A DNA stretch of 11,977 bases from Candidatus Aenigmatarchaeota archaeon (GTDB taxonomy: Archaea; Aenigmatarchaeota; Aenigmatarchaeia; QMZP01): assembly GCA_039091855.1 (NCBI GenBank), contig JAWCLA010000023.1, forward strand, positions 1-11,977. The letters run 5' to 3'. The position numbers were made by a program, and so were the translations under genes. Below are positions 1-5,235 of the stretch, piece by piece. The notes beneath the pieces are model-generated. The model was not told the DNA's origin, ran no database searches, and was given only the letters and a program-made list of their open reading frames with translations. Within the stretch, counting starts at the first letter, position 1. Each line of letters begins with the position of its first letter.

Positions 1-181
1 AACAAGCTTCACCTGTAATAACGGAAGGCAGGATCCAAACGAGGAAGGAATAGACTGTGGTGGCTCCTGTCCAGAAAGGTGCGGAATTCCATACAACTGG
101 CTCCTTTTAGCTGGAGGGGTTATAATCCTTATATTGACTATTGCGTTTTTGCAATTTAAGGGAGAAGTTAGATCTGTATAA
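1..181 (+). CDS. 3' end (5'-truncated) of a Cys-rich, C-terminally membrane-anchored surface protein
   Basis: Manual translation of frame 2 (nt 2-181): TSFTCNNGRQDPNEEGIDCGGSCPERCGIPYNWLLLAGGVIILILTIAFLQFKGEVRSV*. It has a CxNGxQDxxEEGIDCGGxCxxxC motif, then a ~20-aa hydrophobic helix and a short tail; stop TAA at 179-181. Absent from the ORF track because the start lies outside the window. Confidence 0.8.
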   Translation, partial: TSFTCNNGRQDPNEEGIDCGGSCPERCGIPYNWLLLAGGVIILILTIAFLQFKGEVRSV

Positions 182-726
182 CTGGTTCAACCACCGGTCA
201 TAATTTTGTATTTATTGGTTAAATAACTTACCGAGTGTATTTTTATGTTTTCTTTTATTTCATTGATTGAATATATTGCATATCTATGTTGGTTCCTTAT
301 CAATGGTGTCGCTGTATATGATTGGTAACCATAGTTTAGCAATGAAAGGAATAAAGGAGTGTAAAAAATGAGCCCAACAGGTAGTCCGCATATATCAAAA
401 AGCAGCAATAGTTTTTTTGAAATAAGGCTATGATCATTTAGAAATTCAAATAGTTATATTGGATTCATTCCTCAAGAGTTAAGGTCTTTAAAAAATGGAA
501 TACTATGGGTAAATATGATAATTTTGAACTTACAAATGAACTTGCTTATGAGTTAAATAGGTAAATGTATTATCTGTATCAGACATTAGAATGATATTTC
601 CTAATGAGAATCCTCACAAAATCGTAGCTTATAAAGCTTGGAATAGTATTAGAAAGAAAATAATTTTCTATTTTATAATTCAAACATTTAAGCGGGCTGA
701 AACAAGAATTTTGTGTAAGTGAAAAT
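182..726. other. AT-rich intergenic segment, possibly eroded gene remnant(s) plus the promoter of the DHH gene
   Basis: Hand count gives about 29% GC over 181-720, visibly lower than the flanking genes. Only short open frames: + strand 434-556, 505-564 and 591-722; - strand 187-408. Confidence 0.45.
671..692 (+). promoter_or_regulatory. Candidate TATA element(s) for the DHH-rps3ae unit
   Basis: TTTTATAA at 671-678 and ATTTAAG at 686-692, about 35-55 nt upstream of ATG 727. Specificity is low in an AT-rich background. Confidence 0.3.
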
Positions 727-2439
727 ATGATGAAAAGGTTGGAAAATCTTGTTTTGCAGGCGAGAAGGGCAGCAACAGAGATAAGAAACTTTCAGGGTGT
801 GATAAGAGTGATAGCACATTATGATGCTGACGGTATAGCGTCGGCTTCGATAATAGCGTCTGCTCTTTCAAGGGAGGGAAAACCGTTCAGGATTTCTTTT
901 GTAAAGCAGTTGGGTGAAAAAAGGATAAAGGAACTCGCTTTGGAGAAAAATCTGCTGACAATTTTTTCAGACCTTGGGTCAGGACACATAAACCAAATTC
1001 AGGAAAGCCTGATTTTCCCAGGAGCGAAAGTGATAGTTCTTGACCACCACCAAATAAAGGGAGAGGTAATGGGGAACAAGGCTTCATCATTTATACATTT
1101 AAATCCGCTTTCATTTGGTATAGGCGAGAACCTTTCTGGCGCAGGCGTTGCGTATTTTTTGGCAAGGGAGATTAATCCAGAAAACATCGAGCTTAGCTAC
1201 CTTGCTGTTGTTGGAGCATTAGGAGATTCCCAAAAAGGCTCGATAGAGGAGAACTGGGGACTTTCTGGTGCAAACAGGGAAATACTTAAAGACGCAAAAA
1301 AATCAGGGAAAATTGTTGTGTCAACAGGACTTAGGATATGGGGGAGGCATTCAAGGCCAATCCACAAGGCAATAGAATACTGCACCGACCCTTACATTCC
1401 CGGGATATCTGGTTCAGAGTCAGCAAGCGTGCAGTTCCTGAACGAAATCGGGATAAAAATAAAAGACGGGGAAAGGTGGAGAACGCTTTCTGAACTTTCT
1501 GTGGAGGAGCAGAAAAGGCTTGCCGACGGCATAATAAAGGAGAGGATAAGGGGAAATTTGGCTGATGCGCACGAGATTTTTGGAGATGTTTACGAGATTC
1601 CGTTCCATCCACAGGAATTCAGTAGCGCCGAAGAGTTTGCAACCGTTCTTAATGCCTGTGGCAAGCTTGGAAAGGCTTACATTGGGCTTTCAATGTGCAT
1701 GGGCAATCCTGAATCCTTTGAGGAGGCAAAATCGCTGCTCTCTGCTTACAGGAAGGATATAGGAAAAGCAATAAGCTGGATTAACCAGAACAGTTATGCA
1801 ATAAAATCAACAGAAAAATGCGTTTATATACTTGCCGGAAAACAGGTTTCGGAGCACATAGTTTCAAACCTCGTATCCATGTTAAGCAGGTCTTTCCTGC
1901 CAAAGGAAAAGCCTGTTTTTGCTTTCGCGGAAACCGAGGATGGTAACATAAAGGTCAGTGCAAGGGCACACGACACGCTGGTGGAAAACGGACTTAGTAT
2001 GGAAGCCATTGTTTCGGAGGTTGCCTGTAAACTCGGCGGTGAGGGTGGAGGACACAAGGGAGCGGCAGGGGCAACCATACCGAGGGATTCGCAGGATTTT
2101 TTCATATCTTATGTGGAACAACTTATAGGAAATGATGGAAATGCTGAAAAAGAAACGAAGGGTTGTTTTTCGGTAAATATTCCTGAAGTGCAAAGCAATT
2201 TAAATATTCCAGAACAACAAACATTAGCAAACCCTTTGGGCAATGGGCTGATAAGCCACAGCCAAACAGAAAAATCAGGGGTTTTTTATGGGACAGCAAA
2301 GGCCGAAAGAAGTGAAGGAGAAGGAGGAGAAAAAGGAGGCTCCAAAGAGGGAAGAGAAGCCCCAACCAAAAAAGTGGAAGGGAAAGGACTGGTTCGTTAT
2401 TTTGGCGCCAAAGATGTTCGGGGAAACGCAGCTGGCTGA
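727..2439 (+). CDS. recJ: RecJ/Cdc45-like DHH-family nuclease (GAN-type) with DHHA1 domain and ~100-aa C-terminal extension
   Basis: Intact DHH motifs: HYDADG (I), FSDLGS (II), VLDHH (III), GALGD (IV). DHHA1 motifs KVSARA and GGGHKGAAGATI. Linkage to rps3ae matches the known archaeal rps15-GAN-(pcc1)-rps3ae neighbourhood. The start may be 727 or 730. Confidence 0.92.
   Translation: MMKRLENLVLQARRAATEIRNFQGVIRVIAHYDADGIASASIIASALSREGKPFRISFVKQLGEKRIKELALEKNLLTIFSDLGSGHINQIQESLIFPGAKVIVLDHHQIKGEVMGNKASSFIHLNPLSFGIGENLSGAGVAYFLAREINPENIELSYLAVVGALGDSQKGSIEENWGLSGANREILKDAKKSGKIVVSTGLRIWGRHSRPIHKAIEYCTDPYIPGISGSESASVQFLNEIGIKIKDGERWRTLSELSVEEQKRLADGIIKERIRGNLADAHEIFGDVYEIPFHPQEFSSAEEFATVLNACGKLGKAYIGLSMCMGNPESFEEAKSLLSAYRKDIGKAISWINQNSYAIKSTEKCVYILAGKQVSEHIVSNLVSMLSRSFLPKEKPVFAFAETEDGNIKVSARAHDTLVENGLSMEAIVSEVACKLGGEGGGHKGAAGATIPRDSQDFFISYVEQLIGNDGNAEKETKGCFSVNIPEVQSNLNIPEQQTLANPLGNGLISHSQTEKSGVFYGTAKAERSEGEGGEKGGSKEGREAPTKKVEGKGLVRYFGAKDVRGNAAG
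2174..2214 (+). repeat. Imperfect 14-nt direct repeat, 27-nt period
   Basis: TAAATATTCCTGAA (2174-2187) and TAAATATTCCAGAA (2201-2214), encoding NIPE twice. The second copy overlaps TTTAAATA at 2199-2206. Confidence 0.6.
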
Positions 2440-2932
2440 AACTCCCACCACCGACCCAGCAATGCTTTTGGGAAGAAGTGTTGAGGTTTCTGTTTCCGAA
2501 CTACTAAACCAGCCTGCCAAGTACTATATGAAAATTCTCTTCAAGATAATAGATGTTGACTCAAGGAATGCCTACACGAGGTTCAATGGCTATTTGGCAT
2601 CAAGGGAATACATTTACAGGATGGTGAGAAAGAGGAGCCAGAAGGTTGAATGCATAGACAACTTTGACACGAGAGATGGCTGGAAGTTGCAGATAACATC
2701 TGTCGCTATCCTGAACAGGAACACAGAGTCGGAGATACAGAAAAAAATGAGGGAAGTAGTAAGAAAGCACATATCCGAAACGCTCAAAAAGTCAGGCACG
2801 GATGAGCTTATGAAAAAAATCATTGAAGGCTCCATACAAAAGGAGATAAGGAAGATGGGAAACAAGATTTACCCCGTAAGGTTCTTTGACATAGCAAAGA
2901 TTGAGGTACTAAAGGCGCCTGAAGCCAAGTGA
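2288..2932 (+). CDS. rps3ae: 30S ribosomal protein S3ae (eS1)
   Basis: KWKGKDWFVILAPKMFG, LLGRSVEVSVSEL, YIYRMVRKRSQKV and KIYPVRFFDIAKIEVLK are typical eS1 blocks; 214 aa. SD-like AGGGGT at 2277-2282. Confidence 0.95.
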   Translation: MGQQRPKEVKEKEEKKEAPKREEKPQPKKWKGKDWFVILAPKMFGETQLAETPTTDPAMLLGRSVEVSVSELLNQPAKYYMKILFKIIDVDSRNAYTRFNGYLASREYIYRMVRKRSQKVECIDNFDTRDGWKLQITSVAILNRNTESEIQKKMREVVRKHISETLKKSGTDELMKKIIEGSIQKEIRKMGNKIYPVRFFDIAKIEVLKAPEAK

Positions 2933-2970
2933 ATGCTTATTTTTATTTCACGCAGTCTAATTAGTAATTT

Positions 2971-3375
2971 ATGGGAATCTCGGAATACCTTAGGTCCGTC
3001 GGGATGGAATTCAGGGAAGAGAAGGGAGAGGCTTGGATTTATCTTGAACCGAGAAACCTTCACCACGTTCTTTCTCAGTTGAAAGGTATGGGATTCACAA
3101 GGGTTTCCGCCATATCAGGAACTGATGAAGGGAAGTCCATCACTCTGATTTACCACCTGTTCTCTGAAAAATACTATGTAAATATAAAAGTCCCTGTCCA
3201 GAAAAAAAGCCCCGAGATAGAGACAATCACGGGGATTTATCCGGGAGCGAGCCTTTTCGAGAGGGAGGTTCACGAGATGCTGGGTGTGTTTTTCAAGGGG
3301 CATCCCAATATGGAAATGCTTTTTCTGAATGAGGATTCTCCTGTCAATCCGTTAAGAAAGGACCAACAAAAATGA
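2971..3375 (+). CDS. NADH-quinone oxidoreductase subunit C-like protein (Complex I 30-kDa family; NuoC/EchD/MbhK-type)
   Basis: VSAISGTD...LIYHL...IETITGIYPGASLFEREVHEMLGVFFKGHPN matches the family signature (ERExxE/DMxGxxFxGHP); 134 aa. Confidence 0.88.
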   Translation: MGISEYLRSVGMEFREEKGEAWIYLEPRNLHHVLSQLKGMGFTRVSAISGTDEGKSITLIYHLFSEKYYVNIKVPVQKKSPEIETITGIYPGASLFEREVHEMLGVFFKGHPNMEMLFLNEDSPVNPLRKDQQK

Positions 3376-3388
3376 GGTTTTTTATTTT
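3376..3388 (+). terminator. Oligo-T tract at the convergent gene junction, candidate archaeal terminator
   Basis: TGA-GGTTTTTTATTTTG immediately follows the nuoC-like stop; only 6 nt separate the convergent stops (3375 and 3382). Confidence 0.4.
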
Positions 3389-3927
3389 GCCTCAACAGGC
3401 CTTGCCTTTTGTATAAGGTGGCATCCGTCCTGGAAGATGCGACGGTCATATCCCTGAACCCTTGCCGCCCTCTCTATGTTCGCTGCTGTGAGCCCCACCT
3501 CCTCCTTGTCAATTCCTGTCACTATTATCTCATCCTTTGACAGCTCAACTTTCGTGTTGCCCACTATATCCGCTTCCCTGTTCTTCCTCTCGCCGAGAAA
3601 GTTTCCGATTATAACTTTTTTTCCCTCCACGCTGATTTTTATCGGGAAGTGCGAGTATATCACCTTCAGCCTTGCCTCCCAGCCAGATGAAACACCTGTG
3701 CACATGTTCTTGAAGTGGGCTGCCCATGTCCCAACAATCGCCCTGTCCTTTTTTCTTTCCGAATCAGTTGAGAATATTACATTACCCTCCCTTATCTGGA
3801 TTTTTGCGTTGGGATGGGAAAAAGCCCTTCTAAGCTCTCCCTTTGGCCCTTTAACAATCAATGAACTTCCATCTTCGCTCATCCTGACATCAATACCTTC
3901 AGGTATCTGCACAACCCTTTCAGGCAT
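3382..3927 (-). CDS. rpl6: 50S ribosomal protein L6 (uL6), archaeal type
   Basis: VKGPKGELRRAF, YSHFPIKI, NFLGERKNR, GIDKEEVGLTAANIE and DRRIFQDG motifs; 181 aa. SD AGGTGA at 3934-3939 on the - strand. Confidence 0.97.
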   Translation of the reverse strand: MPERVVQIPEGIDVRMSEDGSSLIVKGPKGELRRAFSHPNAKIQIREGNVIFSTDSERKKDRAIVGTWAAHFKNMCTGVSSGWEARLKVIYSHFPIKISVEGKKVIIGNFLGERKNREADIVGNTKVELSKDEIIVTGIDKEEVGLTAANIERAARVQGYDRRIFQDGCHLIQKARPVEAK

Positions 3928-3933
3928 ATTGCT

Positions 3934-3974
3934 TCACCTTTTAAGGATTAAAATTTTGAGAATAGTTTATAAAA
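3934..3974 (-). promoter_or_regulatory. Candidate rpl6 promoter (TATA) and Shine-Dalgarno site
   Basis: The - strand reads TTTTATAAA (3974-3966), about 40 nt upstream of the ATG, then AGGTGA (3939-3934) 6 nt before the ATG. Confidence 0.55.
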
Positions 3975-3981
3975 GCTTGCG

Positions 3982-5217
3982 CTACTTCTTTGACTTTTTG
4001 GCCTTTGCTGCCTTTTTCCTTGGCTTCTCCTTTTCCTTCTTCTTGGCTGGCTTTTTAGCTTTCTTCGGTTTCTCTTCCTTAGGCTTCTCCTCTTCCTTTG
4101 GCTCTTCTGTTACAATACCTTCTGGGATTCTTCCTATAAGCTCAAATGCACCTGTTCCTATAGGTGCCACCTGATTCAGGATTATGTTCTCTATTGCTCC
4201 TTTAAGATGGTCTTTCTCCCCTCTCACTGACGCTGAAACAAGGTGCTTCTTTGTTTCCTCAAATGATGCCCTGACCAAGACAGAAGGCTTCTGCCCTGAT
4301 ATTCCGTATCTTCCTATTGCCTTTATCTCCCCGTCAACTGTCATAAGGTCTGCAAGAAGCATTATGTATCTTATGTCAACACCAAGCCCCTGCTCCTCCA
4401 TTGTGTATTGGGCCTGTTTTATTATTGCTGTTCTTGCTGCCTCTATGCCAAGAACGTCATACATCTCGAATATGTTGTTGCAGTAGGTTCTCGTGTAGTC
4501 CACTCCCTTTATATCGAAGACCTGCTTTAGGTTTGAGCCTAGTGTTGTTATCACCCATTCCTCGTCCTCCTTTGTAACTACTACCTGCGAAACCCCCTTT
4601 ATTCCCTTTATGTGTGTCTCAAGAAGGCTGTATTTCATCTTGTAAAGCGAGCGTATGTCAAGGTTCCTGGATTTTACAACAAGGTTCCCGTCTTCCACAG
4701 AAATGTCAGCGCTCCTTATCTTTATTTTCTTTGCGAGGCTTTCAGGTTCTATGTTCAGTTCCTTCATCTTTGGTAAGTTCAGCCTGCACTTTATCCACAT
4801 GTCGGTTAGGTCTATAATTGTGGACGTAACAACATCCTTCAGCTTGACCTCCTTTATCTGCTCAGCTATTCTTTTTACCTCTTCGACTGACTGGTGATCC
4901 CTGTCAATATAAACAGTCATAGTTGGCGTGCGCGGCTCCCTTCTGGCATCGAATATTTCTATCATCCTTGGAAGCCCAAGAGTGACCTGAATTCCTGCCG
5001 TTCCTGCAAAGTGGTAGGTACGCATTGTCATCTGGGTGGCCGGTTCGGAAAGCGACTGGGCTGTGACCACGCCTATCGGTTCCTCAGGCTCATAGGTGAC
5101 TTTTTGGTATATGGTTTTAACCATTTCCAGAATCCTCTCTTGCTCCTCCTGAGAAAGCCTGTGCTTCTCAAAATATTCTCTTAGTTCCTGTCTTATAACA
5201 GGCGGCAATGAGTCCAT
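3982..5217 (-). CDS. rpoA2: DNA-directed RNA polymerase subunit A'' (Rpo1C) with Lys-rich tail
   Basis: Trigger-loop block AQSLSEPATQMTMRTYHFAG...VTLGLPR; later LGIEAAR, VDIRYIMLLADLMT, RASFEET and ENIILNQVAPIGTG. SD AAGGAG at 5228-5223. Confidence 0.97.
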   Translation of the reverse strand: MDSLPPVIRQELREYFEKHRLSQEEQERILEMVKTIYQKVTYEPEEPIGVVTAQSLSEPATQMTMRTYHFAGTAGIQVTLGLPRMIEIFDARREPRTPTMTVYIDRDHQSVEEVKRIAEQIKEVKLKDVVTSTIIDLTDMWIKCRLNLPKMKELNIEPESLAKKIKIRSADISVEDGNLVVKSRNLDIRSLYKMKYSLLETHIKGIKGVSQVVVTKEDEEWVITTLGSNLKQVFDIKGVDYTRTYCNNIFEMYDVLGIEAARTAIIKQAQYTMEEQGLGVDIRYIMLLADLMTVDGEIKAIGRYGISGQKPSVLVRASFEETKKHLVSASVRGEKDHLKGAIENIILNQVAPIGTGAFELIGRIPEGIVTEEPKEEEKPKEEKPKKAKKPAKKKEKEKPRKKAAKAKKSKK

Positions 5218-5235
5218 ACAATCTCCTTCATAAAA

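Noticed and set aside
187-408. 73-aa - strand ORF
   Set aside because: Non-ATG start, AT-rich, no recognisable domain or SD; cannot be supported as a gene and is covered under the low-GC gap.
182-726. Replication origin or CRISPR array in the AT-rich gap
   Set aside because: No repeated ORB-like boxes with G-strings, no adjacent cdc6/orc1 in the window, and no regularly spaced repeats.
2132-2176. Short ORF MMEMLKKKRRVVFR* after AGGA, at the position where pcc1 would start
   Set aside because: Only 14 aa with no recognisable Pcc1 similarity; indistinguishable from chance.
2277-2290. GGGGTTTTTTATG as a programmed frameshift fusing DHH to eS1
   Set aside because: A fusion needs a +1 shift, whereas slippery heptamers drive -1 shifts; rps3ae has its own ATG and SD-like site.
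3476-4174. 232-aa + strand ORF, and the other antisense ORFs over the rpo, recJ and rps3ae genes
   Set aside because: Shadow frames of well-supported genes; F/S/L-rich composition mirrors K/E/R codons on the coding strand, with no recognisable motifs.
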